Below, in pieces: positions 19,842 through 29,296 of a DNA stretch of 64,000 bases. Location: positions 192,001 through 256,000 of the forward strand of contig CAVYKI010000006.1 in the NCBI GenBank assembly GCA_963769025.1. Direction: 5' to 3'. A model generated the notes under the pieces. It saw nothing but the letters and a program-made list of their open reading frames with translations, was not told where the DNA came from and did not search any database. The position numbers and the translations under genes are program-made. The stretch is from an uncultured Verrucomicrobiae bacterium (GTDB lineage Bacteria; Verrucomicrobiota; Verrucomicrobiia; Chthoniobacterales; Chthoniobacteraceae). Positions within the stretch are counted from its first letter, which is position 1; every line of letters starts with the position of its first letter.

Positions 19842-20540
19842 ATGAACTCAGCAATCATCGTCGCGGCCGGAGCGAGCCGGCGCATGGGATTCGACAAAAT
19901 CTTCGCGCCACTGCTCGGGAAACCGGTCCTTTACTGGTCGATCGCGGCGTTTCAGGAATGCCCGGACATCGACGAAATCGTCGTCGTCACGCGCAGCGAG
20001 AAGGTGGCGGACGTGAAGAAGTTGGTCGCTGCGGAAAAGCTGACGAAGGTGACTGCCGTGGTGGAGGGCGGGACGGAGCGGCATCTTTCCGTCTGGAACG
20101 GACTGCGCGCGATTTCCGCGGAGGGAAGCCAGAACGTCGCGATCCACGATGCGGCCAGGCCGCTCATCACGCCGAAGCTCATCAGCGCCTGCATCGCCCT
20201 GGCGCGAAAGAACGGCGCCGCATGCTGCGCGTCGCCGATTCCCGACACGGTGAAGCGCGCCTCGTACGAGATGCTCGTCACGGACGACGTCGAGCGCCGC
20301 AACCTCTGGGCGATGCAGACGCCGCAGGTCTTCAGCAGCCCGCTGATCATGCAGGCGTACGCATCGGTCATGGCGCGCAATGAACTGGTGACCGATGAGG
20401 TCTCCGCCATCCAGAAGATCGGCAAGCGCGTGGCGTTGCTGGAGAACGACGACTACAACTTCAAGATCACCTTCCCGCGGGACCTGCCGCTCGCCGAGCA
20501 GGTCATCGACATCCGGTACGGTCGCGAGAAGCGGCGCTGA
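19842..20540 (+). CDS. ispD: 2-C-methyl-D-erythritol 4-phosphate cytidylyltransferase
   Basis: AIIVAAGASRRMGFDK, GGTERHLSV, IHDAARP, DTVK, QTPQVF, NFKITFPRDL. Confidence 0.96.
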   Translation: MNSAIIVAAGASRRMGFDKIFAPLLGKPVLYWSIAAFQECPDIDEIVVVTRSEKVADVKKLVAAEKLTKVTAVVEGGTERHLSVWNGLRAISAEGSQNVAIHDAARPLITPKLISACIALARKNGAACCASPIPDTVKRASYEMLVTDDVERRNLWAMQTPQVFSSPLIMQAYASVMARNELVTDEVSAIQKIGKRVALLENDDYNFKITFPRDLPLAEQVIDIRYGREKRR

Positions 20541-20696
20541 GGACGGGCGGGAGCGGATGGGAGATCCGGAATAATCCAGGCGAGGTGGCATCGTCCGCCG
20601 GGCCCTGCATTTTTTCGATAAGATGAGGTGCCTTGCGCTCTTAAGGAATGTGCGCATGTTCACCACCCTCGAAATCGCCCGCGCAACACGAAACTG

Positions 20697-21964
20697 ATGA
20701 GTCACACCTACAATGTCACGCGGCTGCCCAATGGCGCACGCATCGCCTCCGTGGAAATGCCGCACATGCGCAGTGCGACCGTGGGAGTGTGGGCCGGGGT
20801 CGGCGGGAGGCATGAGCGTGTGTGCGAGGGCGGCATTTCGCATTTCATCGAGCATCTGCTTTTCAAGGGGACCAAGCGGCGCAACCCGCGGCAGATCACC
20901 GCGGCGGTCGAGGGCGTGGGCGGGTACCTGAACGCGTTCACCACGGAGGATCACACCTGCTACTACGCGAAGGCCGGGGCGCCGCACTTTGAGCGCTGTG
21001 CGATGTGCTCATGGACATGTATATGGATTCCCTTTTTGCGAAGGCGGAGATCGATCGCGAGCGCGAGGTCATCCGCGAGGAGATCCTGATGTATCGCGAC
21101 CAGCCCGCGCAGCATGCCCAGGAGCTGCTGACCTCGACGCTGTGGCCGCGGCATCCGCTCGGGCGGCCGCTGACGGGCACCGTCGATACGGTTTCGCGCC
21201 TCGGGCGGCGGGAGATTACCGAGTTTCACCGGCGCAACTACAATGGCGCGAGCACCGTCGTCACGGTGGCCGGGCGCGTTCCGCATGCGGAAGTCGTGGC
21301 GGTGCTCGGCCCGGCGCTCGGACGGCTGCCGGCGGGCCGCCGCGCGCGCTTCCAGCGTTCGCCGATCCATCCGGGACGTCCTTCCGTGAATTTGCATACG
21401 CACGAGACGGAGCAGACGCACCTCGCGATGGGCTTCCACACGTGGGGACGGAGCGACGAGCGGCGCTTCGCGCTGAAGATTCTCAGCGTGATCCTCGGCG
21501 AGAACATGAGCTCGCGGCTTTTCCAGAAACTGCGCGAGCGCCACGCGTTCTGCTATTCGGTGTCGAGCGGGATGGTGACGCTGGCGGACACCGGCGCGCT
21601 GCACATCAGCGCGGGGCTCGATCCTTCGAAGCTCGAGCCGGCGCTGCGCATGATCCTCCGTGAGTTCGCGGCGATCGCGAAGCGCGGGCCGACGCGCGCG
21701 GAGTTGAAAATGGCGCAGGACTACACCATCGGCCAGACGCTGATGGGACTGGAGAGCACGACGAATCAGATTTTGTGGATGGGCGAGAGCCTGCTCGGCT
21801 ACGGACGCGTGCTGTGCCCGGTGGAAATCGAGCGGCGTATCATGGGCGTGACATGCGCGGAAGTGCAGGCCGTCGCCGCCGAGTGCCTGAAGCTCGGACG
21901 GCTCGGCATCGCGGTCGTGGGGCCGCTCAAGGACGCCGGGAAGATCGAGAGCTGGCTGGGTTGA
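20697..21964 (+). CDS. M16 (pitrilysin/insulinase) family zinc peptidase (indel near 20995)
   Basis: GISHFIEHLLFKGT (HxxEH), LNAFT, EREVIREE, GENMSSRLFQKLRE. Confidence 0.94.
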
Positions 21965-22045
21965 TCGCACGGACGGGTGTCCGGCGAGCGAGGTTCGGCC
22001 AAGAGCGGACCTGTGAAGGAGGGCAGCGGGGGATTGTATTCCATC

Positions 22046-24362
22046 ATGCTCCCCCGCATCGCGCTGACGATTTCCGTCCTGCTGGCCAACCATATTGGGC
22101 TCCGCGGAGAGCCGCTTCCTGGCACGCAGCCGCTGATGGCGGAAGGAGATCTCTCAGCGAAGATGGTCGCGGGAATACACAGATGGCTCGAGCGCGAAAC
22201 GGCGCGTGTTGATTCGCAGCGAGCAGAATTTTGGCGAAAGGACGCGGCGAGTCCCGCGGCGTGGAATCAGGCGGTCGGCGGCAGGAGAACCGAACTCGCC
22301 CGGATGATCGGTGCGGTGGACGCGAGGCAGTCCGGCGCGATCACCGTCCAGCAGGATCCCGGCGAAGCATCGCCACCGTCGGCGGACGGTTCGTATTCCG
22401 TGCGGAAGGCGATCTGGCCGGTTTTCGAAAACGTGTATGGCGAGGGTTTGATTTTGCAACCGAAGGGAGTGGCAAAGGCCGCGGTCATCGCATTGCCCGA
22501 CGCGGATCAGACGCCGGAGCAGCTTGCCGGAATTCGCCCCGGTGTGGCGCCCGAATTGCAATTTGCACGCCGGCTTGCGGAAGAGGGATTTCTCGTGGTC
22601 GTGCCCGTGCTGGTGGACCGCCGGGACGACTGGTCCGGGAGCGAGAAGCTGAAGCGTTTTACGAATGCGCCCCACCGGGAATGGATTCACCGGCAGTGCT
22701 TCGAGTCCGGCCGCACGCTCATCGGGTTCGAGGTGCAGAAGGTTCTCGCCGCTGTGGATGCGCTGAAAGGGCCGTCGGCGAAGCTCCTCGCGGGCGACGC
22801 GAAGATCGGCGTGATCGGTCACGGCGAAGGCGGGCTGATCGCCATGCACGCTGCCGCACTCGACGAACGCCTCGATGCGGCATTCGTGGACGGCTACTTT
22901 GGAGCAGGGGAGAGCGATGATGTGATATACCGGGGCGTCGTCGGCAGGCGGCTGAGGTTTTCCGATGCGGGCGTGGCGGCGCTGATTTCGCCGCGACCGT
23001 TTGGAGTTTCGTTCCGGAGTGAGCCGCAAATCCCCGAGCCGCCGGCGGTGAAAAATGGCCGGAAAGGTGCGGCGCCGGGCGCGCTTGCCCCGCTCAAGCC
23101 CGGGGCCGTGGACAGGGCGCTGGGCGAGGCGGACAGCTATTGGCAATTGGCGGGCGCTGCGTCCGTGGAAGTGTGTGCCGTTGCACAGAAAGACGGACGG
23201 GCAGGGAGGACTCCCGAGGCTTTTATGACGGCTGCGCTCGGCCTTCAACCCGCTGCGGTGAGGCTGAAGGGAGTCGTGCAGCTTGGCGACAATGCCTCCG
23301 CCGTGGACGAGCGCCAGCGGCGGACCGTGAAGGAACTGGAGGAGTTTTCGCAGCGCATTTTCCGCGAGAGCGAGGCGGTGCGGAAGGCTACGCCGCTGTG
23401 GACAAAGCTGAAGCCGGGTGCGGAATGGAACGTCGTGCAGCGGGAGGCGCGGGCGGATTTTTGGGAGAATGTGATCGGCAAACTGCCGGGGGAATATTTG
23501 AAAGCGAACCCCCGGACGCGGCTGATCCACGACAAGGCGAAGTGGCGCGGCTACGAGGTGATGCTCGACGTGCAGCCGGACATTTTTGCGATGGGGTGTG
23601 CTGCTGGTGCCGAAGGATCTCAAGCCGGGCGAACGCCGCCCCGTGGTGGTCTGCCAGCACGGGCTGGAGGGATTGCCGGAAGACACAATCACGCAGGACA
23701 AATCCGCGCGTGCATGGAACTACTACAAGGGTTTCGCGGCGCTGCTCTGCGAGCGGGGGTTCGTCGTGTATTCGCCGCACAATCCGTATCGGGGCGGCGA
23801 CGCATTCCGGCGGATCCAGCGCGAGGCAAATCCGCTCGGGCTGTCGCTGTTTTCATTCATCATCGCGCAGCACGATGTGACGACGCAGTGGCTCGCGTCG
23901 CTGCCGTTCGTGGATCCGGAACGGATCGCATTCTACGGCCTGAGCTACGGCGGAAAGACGGCGATGCGCGTGCCCGCGGCGCTGGAGCGGTATTGCCTCT
24001 CGATTTGCTCCGGCGATTTCAACGAGTGGGTGCTGAAGTGCGTCTCGAACACGCATCCCGCGAGCTACATTTTCACCGGCGAATGGGAGATCTGGGAGTG
24101 GGACCTCGCGCACACGTTCAACTACGCGGAGATGGCGCTGCTCATCGCGCCGCGGCCGTTCATGGTCGAGCGCGGGCACGACGATGGCGTGGGGCTCGAC
24201 GAGCACGTCGGCTACGAGTTTGCGAAGGTGCGGCGAGGCTACGACAAGCTCGGCATCGGCGAGCGCACGGAGATCGAGTGGTTCGACGGTCCGCACACGA
24301 TCAATGGCGTGGGGACTTTCAAGTTCCTCCACAAGTGGCTCCGGTGGCCGGAGCCGAAGTGA
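22046..24362 (+). CDS. Exported tandem alpha/beta-hydrolase (dienelactone hydrolase/acetyl-xylan esterase-like; indel near 23590)
   Basis: Signal-like N-terminus; two hydrolase repeats (IGHGEGG...LISPRP and VVCQHG..FYGLSYGG..LIAPRPFMVERGHDD..GPH). Confidence 0.85.
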
Positions 24363-24402
24363 CGGGCGCGAGTGCGTGCGCGGAAAGGCGCGCGCAGGGA
24401 TT

Positions 24403-25317
24403 TCAGGCCCCGCGCTTCAGCCAACGCTTTCCATGGCGTTCCAATCCCTCCACGTCCTCTTTTCGCAGGAAGGCGAAGTAGGTCATCATCATCGCGAGGC
24501 AGAACAGTTCGAGGTCCCATGCGAACACGGAGATGCCCACATGCAGGGCCGTCCCCAAGAGCACTCCCCACCAGCGGGTTTTTTTGACCCACAGGAGGAC
24601 GGGTATCGCTGCCTCCGAGATTTGGATTCCATAGGTTCCCAAAGCCATGAGGCTCCCGTATTCCAGCACCCACGTGCCGGGCCAGCGCGCGTGGTGGGAG
24701 AGCATGAAATAGCTGAGGAACTCGCCGTTTCCCCAATACGGGTCCGGATGAAGGATCCTCGCAATGACGGCCTGCCAGTAAATCACCAGCACTTGGAGAC
24801 GCATGAGGACAAGGCCATGGCGGGACACGAGTGCCGGGGCCATCGCGGCATGGCCTCGCAGAATGGCGGGCATCGTCCAGCACTTCCCCATCGGGCTCAC
24901 GAGGACGAGGAATGAAAAGCAGCGGAGTACGGCATCCCAACCGGTCAGCGGAAGCGCGCCGCGTGCGATGTAGGAGATGTGCCACATTAGCACCCATGCT
25001 GCCGCCAGCCGTGCGCCTACGCCCGCCATCAGCAGCACCAAGGCGAGCGCCGTAACGAGCATGATCGCGGTCACGGCGGGTTCGCTCCCGGCCAGTGAAA
25101 AAATGGACAGGTACACCGGATGCGCGACGGTTTTTGCAGCGCCGTGGTCCAGCATGCCGGCATCGGAGAAAAACACGTGCCGGTGCGGCCAGAGGAAGAT
25201 CAGGTTCAGCAGCGCGACGGCGGAAAAGACGATGCGCACCGCGGCATAGATGCGCTCGTCCTCGCGTCGGAAAAACAAATCAGCCGGCAACCGGAGCCAG
25301 TGGGAAATCGGCGGCAT
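24403..25317 (-). CDS. HTTM-domain (vitamin K-dependent carboxylase-like / SdpB-like) membrane protein
   Basis: YAAVRIV..FFSDAG, TGWDAVLR, LMRLQVLVIY, WGNGE, LHVGISVF..FCLAM; several TM segments. Confidence 0.8.
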   Translation of the reverse strand: MPPISHWLRLPADLFFRREDERIYAAVRIVFSAVALLNLIFLWPHRHVFFSDAGMLDHGAAKTVAHPVYLSIFSLAGSEPAVTAIMLVTALALVLLMAGVGARLAAAWVLMWHISYIARGALPLTGWDAVLRCFSFLVLVSPMGKCWTMPAILRGHAAMAPALVSRHGLVLMRLQVLVIYWQAVIARILHPDPYWGNGEFLSYFMLSHHARWPGTWVLEYGSLMALGTYGIQISEAAIPVLLWVKKTRWWGVLLGTALHVGISVFAWDLELFCLAMMMTYFAFLRKEDVEGLERHGKRWLKRGA

Positions 25318-25325
25318 TCGTTCGG

Positions 25326-25922
25326 CTATGGGGAACCGTCGCCCGGGATGGCGAGCGGAAACACCTTTGTGACCGGCATCGAGAGTTGTCCATCACGTCG
25401 GATGTGGAACAGATTCCTGGTGAAAGCGGTGTCGGCGACGAGCGACCATTTCTCGCCGGCTGCGGCGACGCCTCGCGTGGCGCGCAGGAGTTGTGCGACC
25501 TTCTCCAAATACGCGTCGCGAAACGGGACCTTGTTGTCGAAAAACATCAGGCGATAGAGGAGCACGTAGAAGCGTGAATCTTCAGGTGCCGGGTATGGCG
25601 TGAAACCTGGCAGCACAGGGCCGGCGGTGATTTTGTGTCCGGCTGCATCCTCGCCCTCCAAGCGCACGTCCATCGAATGCAATACGGGAATCGTTTCGAA
25701 CATGTTCCACCGTTGGTGTCCGCATAACGCCAGCCGGTAAAGGTCCAGTGCCGGGCTGCCGGGAGCTTCCTGCGCTGGCGGACCCGGGATGATGGAGACG
25801 AGAAGAAACCCCGCATGCCAGCAGCAGAAGGCGAGGAGCGCACCGGCCAGCAATCGGTGCTTCGCCGGGACACCGCCAGCCTCTCTGACATCCCCAGGGT
25901 CGCCCCGCTTCACTGACACCAT
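25326..25922 (-). CDS. Membrane-anchored partner of the HTTM protein (SdpA/DUF5819-like)
   Basis: Single N-terminal TM ending in WH, followed by QRWNMF; lies 8 nt upstream of the HTTM gene. Confidence 0.65.
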   Translation of the reverse strand: MVSVKRGDPGDVREAGGVPAKHRLLAGALLAFCCWHAGFLLVSIIPGPPAQEAPGSPALDLYRLALCGHQRWNMFETIPVLHSMDVRLEGEDAAGHKITAGPVLPGFTPYPAPEDSRFYVLLYRLMFFDNKVPFRDAYLEKVAQLLRATRGVAAAGEKWSLVADTAFTRNLFHIRRDGQLSMPVTKVFPLAIPGDGSP

Positions 25923-26202
25923 GGCTGCTCCTCCGATCGCCCGCTCGGATTCCCGCGCGCCGTGCCGCGCGATGCCAGGCTCCGTTCAACAGATTTTCGG
26001 GCGTAATCTTCGCTCGCGGAAAGGGGCATGCGCTTGGTTGATTGGTCGCGAGGATGTCTGCGCGCTCCGGTTTGGCCAAGCAATTTGCCGCGCTGGCGTG
26101 GAAAGCGGAACCGATATGCAGCACCGACGCAGCCCGCGTTGCCGCAGCGGAACGCACTGGTGGCAGGAGTCCAATCGAAACCCTGAATCGCAGCGCGTCC
26201 GC

Positions 26203-27261
26203 TCAGACTTTCAGCAGCTCGCGCTGCCAGGGGAGCAGACGCGGGAGCGTCTCCTCGAGCTTGAACGCCAGCCCTTCGAGCATCGCCTTCGGTGCGATGA
26301 GCGACGGATCGAGCTTCACTTCCTCGGCGATCTGGTCGCGCTGCTTTTTGAGTTCGAGAAAGCGGTTGAACTGCGCCTGCGAAGGACGGTTTCGCGGGGT
26401 GCGGATGACTTTCGGCCACTGCGCCTCGTCCATCTCGAGGCCGCGCTTGGCGGCTGCGAAGAAGCGATCGGCACGGGATCCGCGGAGGTGGCGGATTTCG
26501 ACCTGCCGTCCGGCATCGAGATCGATCGCCGCATCCACGAGCTTTTCGCTGTGGAGAATGTGAAAGGTGGGCTTGTCCAGGCGCCGTGCCTCGTCGTCGC
26601 GCCAGCTCCAAAGCTCGCGGAAAATCGCAGCAGCCCTGCCGCGGAGATGGCCGCTGCCGGGGATGCGCCAGAGCTGCTCCGGGTCGATTTCCTTGTCGAT
26701 TTCCGCGGAGCGGATCGCGCGCTCGCACGACTGGCGGAACCACGGGATGCGGCCGAGTCGTTCGAGTTCCGCGTAGAGGATGTCGGCGATGGCCGCGAGG
26801 TGCCGCGTGTCGTTCACCGCGTAGTCGAGCATCTGAGGTGCGAGCGGGCGCATTGCCCAGTTCGCCTTTTGGGAGGCTTTCGCGATTTTTACGCCGAAGT
26901 ATTTCTCGACCAAGGCCGCATAGCTGAACTCGGCGACGCCGCTGAGGCGCGCGGCGAGCATGGTGTCGAAGACGCGCTTGGGCGTCGGGCAGCCCGAGCG
27001 GCGCAGCAGTCGCAAGTCGTAGTCGGCACCGTGGAAGAGCAGCTCCTTTTCCTCCCACGCGGACCACAGCGGATTGAGATCCGTCTTGGCCAGCGGATCG
27101 ATGAGCATGTCGGTGCCCGGGACGCTGATCTGGATGAGGCAGAGCTTTTCAAAATAGCAGTGCAGCGAATCGGCCTCGGTATCCACGGCGATGCGGTCGT
27201 GTGGCGCGAGCAGCGGCGTCAGTGCGGCGAGGGCTTCGGGAGTGTCGGTGAGTGGGACCAT
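26203..27261 (-). CDS. rnd: Ribonuclease D-family 3'-5' exonuclease with HRDC domain
   Basis: AVDTEADSLH, LCLIQI, FHGADYD, FDTMLAA, NWAMRPL..YAVND, WRDDEARRLDKP. Confidence 0.92.
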   Translation of the reverse strand: MVPLTDTPEALAALTPLLAPHDRIAVDTEADSLHCYFEKLCLIQISVPGTDMLIDPLAKTDLNPLWSAWEEKELLFHGADYDLRLLRRSGCPTPKRVFDTMLAARLSGVAEFSYAALVEKYFGVKIAKASQKANWAMRPLAPQMLDYAVNDTRHLAAIADILYAELERLGRIPWFRQSCERAIRSAEIDKEIDPEQLWRIPGSGHLRGRAAAIFRELWSWRDDEARRLDKPTFHILHSEKLVDAAIDLDAGRQVEIRHLRGSRADRFFAAAKRGLEMDEAQWPKVIRTPRNRPSQAQFNRFLELKKQRDQIAEEVKLDPSLIAPKAMLEGLAFKLEETLPRLLPWQRELLKV

Positions 27262-27269
27262 GAACGTCG

Positions 27270-28613
27270 CTAGCCGCGGAGGCCGCCCATGAGCAGCTCG
27301 GCGTTGGATTTTGTGCTCTTGAGCGCGTGGAGGAGCACCTCGGTCGCCTCGGCGGGAGGGAGCGCGGCGAGCTGTTTGCGGAGGACCGCGATGCGGTCGT
27401 ATTCCTGCGGATGATAAAGCAGTTCGTCGCGGCGCGTGGCGCTCTGCAGGAGGTCGATCGCGGGGAAGATGCGCCGCTCGGCAATGTAGCGATCCAGCTT
27501 CACTTCCATGTTTCCGGTGCCCTTGTATTCCTCGAAGATGACCTCATCCATGCGGCTGTGAGTATCCACGAGCGCGGTGGCGAGGATGGTGAGGCTGCCG
27601 GCCTCCTCGGTGTTGCGCGCGCTGCCGAAGAATTTCTTCGGCTTGATGAATGCCTTGGTGTCCACGCCGCCGGACATCGTGCGGCCGCGGCCGGGCTGCG
27701 CGTTATTGTAGCCGCGCGAGAGGCGCGTGATGGAATCGAGGAAAATGAGGACGTGCTTTCCGAGTTCGACAAGACGCCGGGCGCGATCGGCGACGATCTC
27801 GGCGACCTGGATGTGGCGGGTGCTGGGCTCGTCGAAGGTGGAGCTGTAAATCTCGGCGCCATGAACGCTGCGGACGATGTCGGTCACCTCCTCGGGACGC
27901 TCGTCCACGAGGAGCAAGATGACGTGAAGGCCCGGGTTGCACTGGATGGCAGCCTGCGCGAGCTGCATCAGCAGGATCGTCTTGCCGGCGCGCGGCGGAG
28001 CGACGAGGAGACCGCGTTGGCCGCGGCCGATGGGCGCGATGAGGTCCACCGCGCGCGCGGTCAGCGAACTTCCCGAACCGTTGTCGAGGGTGACGCGTGC
28101 ATCCGGGAAGCGCGCGGTCAGTGTGTCGAAGTCCTTGGGCTCCTTCCAGTCCGCCAGGGGGATCCCTTCGATGGTGAGGAGCTCCTCTACGGTCATGTAC
28201 TTTTCGCGATGACCCGGTGGGCGGAACCGTACGGTGACAAGGTGGCCACCTTTGAGTCGGAGACGCTTGGCGAGCTGGAAGCTGAGGAAGGGATCCTGCG
28301 GACCGGGACGGAAGCTGTATCGCGGAAAGCGAACGAATCCGCAGCCGTCGCTGGTGATGAATTCAGTGATGCCCTCGGCAAATAACGTGAACCCCAGCGC
28401 GTGGTACGCGCGGAGGAGATCGTTCACGAGGTGATGGCGGCTCTTCTCCGCGTGGACGCGCATCCGCAGCAGCTCTGCGCGTTCGAGCAGCTCGCGGTGG
28501 GTGAGCGCGTGCAGTTCATCGATCCAGAGATCGCGTGGGCGCAGCTCGGCGGGCGTTTCCCGGGGCGCGGCAGGTTCGATGGGTTCGATTGCGGCCTCCG
28601 GAGTTTCTGGCAT
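27270..28613 (-). CDS. rho: Transcription termination factor Rho (start uncertain; ORF open to 28751)
   Basis: PIGRGQRGLLVAPPRAGKT, DERPEEVTD, LDSITRL, SGGVD, FFGSARN, KGTGNME. Confidence 0.95.
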   Translation of the reverse strand: MPETPEAAIEPIEPAAPRETPAELRPRDLWIDELHALTHRELLERAELLRMRVHAEKSRHHLVNDLLRAYHALGFTLFAEGITEFITSDGCGFVRFPRYSFRPGPQDPFLSFQLAKRLRLKGGHLVTVRFRPPGHREKYMTVEELLTIEGIPLADWKEPKDFDTLTARFPDARVTLDNGSGSSLTARAVDLIAPIGRGQRGLLVAPPRAGKTILLMQLAQAAIQCNPGLHVILLLVDERPEEVTDIVRSVHGAEIYSSTFDEPSTRHIQVAEIVADRARRLVELGKHVLIFLDSITRLSRGYNNAQPGRGRTMSGGVDTKAFIKPKKFFGSARNTEEAGSLTILATALVDTHSRMDEVIFEEYKGTGNMEVKLDRYIAERRIFPAIDLLQSATRRDELLYHPQEYDRIAVLRKQLAALPPAEATEVLLHALKSTKSNAELLMGGLRG

Positions 28614-28677
28614 TGGAGTCCCCTCGGTCGCTGGCGCGGAGCCCCCGGGCGTGATCGCCAAAGTCGCGGCGTGCGGC

Positions 28678-29280
28678 TCAGGCAAAGTTTCGCCGGAGAC
28701 AGGCTGCGAGGATGCGGGATTGTCCGTCGAGGTTGGGGACGGTGCTGTCATTCCAAATTACGTGGTCTGCTTTCTTTATTTTCTCACCCAGGTCGAGCTG
28801 GGATTCAATTATTCGCTGCGCGAGCTCCGGTGCAAGCCCTCGGTCGCGGGTCAGGCGCGAAAGTTGGGTTTCCCGATGGCAGGCTACGACGATGACACGG
28901 TCAAATTGCCCGGCTGTCCCTGTTTCGTAGAGCAGGGGAATGTCGATCAGCAGCCATGCGCCCCGCGCCGACGGTGCTTGGGCGAGGGCGGTCCAGCGGG
29001 CGCGGACGATGGGATGGAGGATGTTTTCAAGGGTCGTGCGCCGGTTCTCGTCATCGAAGACGAGTGAACGAAGCTTCGCGCGGCTGGGGCGGCCGTTCTC
29101 ATCGCAGGCGTCACGCCCGAATGCCTCGAAAATCGCATCGCGTACACCGTCGTCCGTCGCGAGCAGGTCATGCACGCAACGGTCGGAGTCGAAGTGCTCC
29201 ACCGGAATCTGCTCGCGCAGGCACCGGGTGAACGTGCTTTTTCCCGTGGCGATGCCGCCGGTGAGACCGAGGACAGGCAA
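28678..29280 (-). CDS. coaE: Dephospho-CoA kinase
   Basis: LGLTGGIATGKST, LENILHP, DIPLLYE, ADHVIWN. Confidence 0.96.
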   Translation of the reverse strand: MPVLGLTGGIATGKSTFTRCLREQIPVEHFDSDRCVHDLLATDDGVRDAIFEAFGRDACDENGRPSRAKLRSLVFDDENRRTTLENILHPIVRARWTALAQAPSARGAWLLIDIPLLYETGTAGQFDRVIVVACHRETQLSRLTRDRGLAPELAQRIIESQLDLGEKIKKADHVIWNDSTVPNLDGQSRILAACLRRNFA

Positions 29281-29296
29281 GGGGAAGGAGCCCCGC

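Noticed and set aside
19367..20383. 338-aa YqeY ORF overlapping ispD
   Set aside because: This is indel read-through. The YqeY domain ends near 19800 with a stop at 19820 in another frame.
25923..26202. Possible sigma54 promoter or ncRNA upstream of the HTTM module (TGGCCAAGCAATTTGC)
   Set aside because: The GG-to-GC spacing is 11 nt rather than the required 10, and no recognisable RNA family motif is present.
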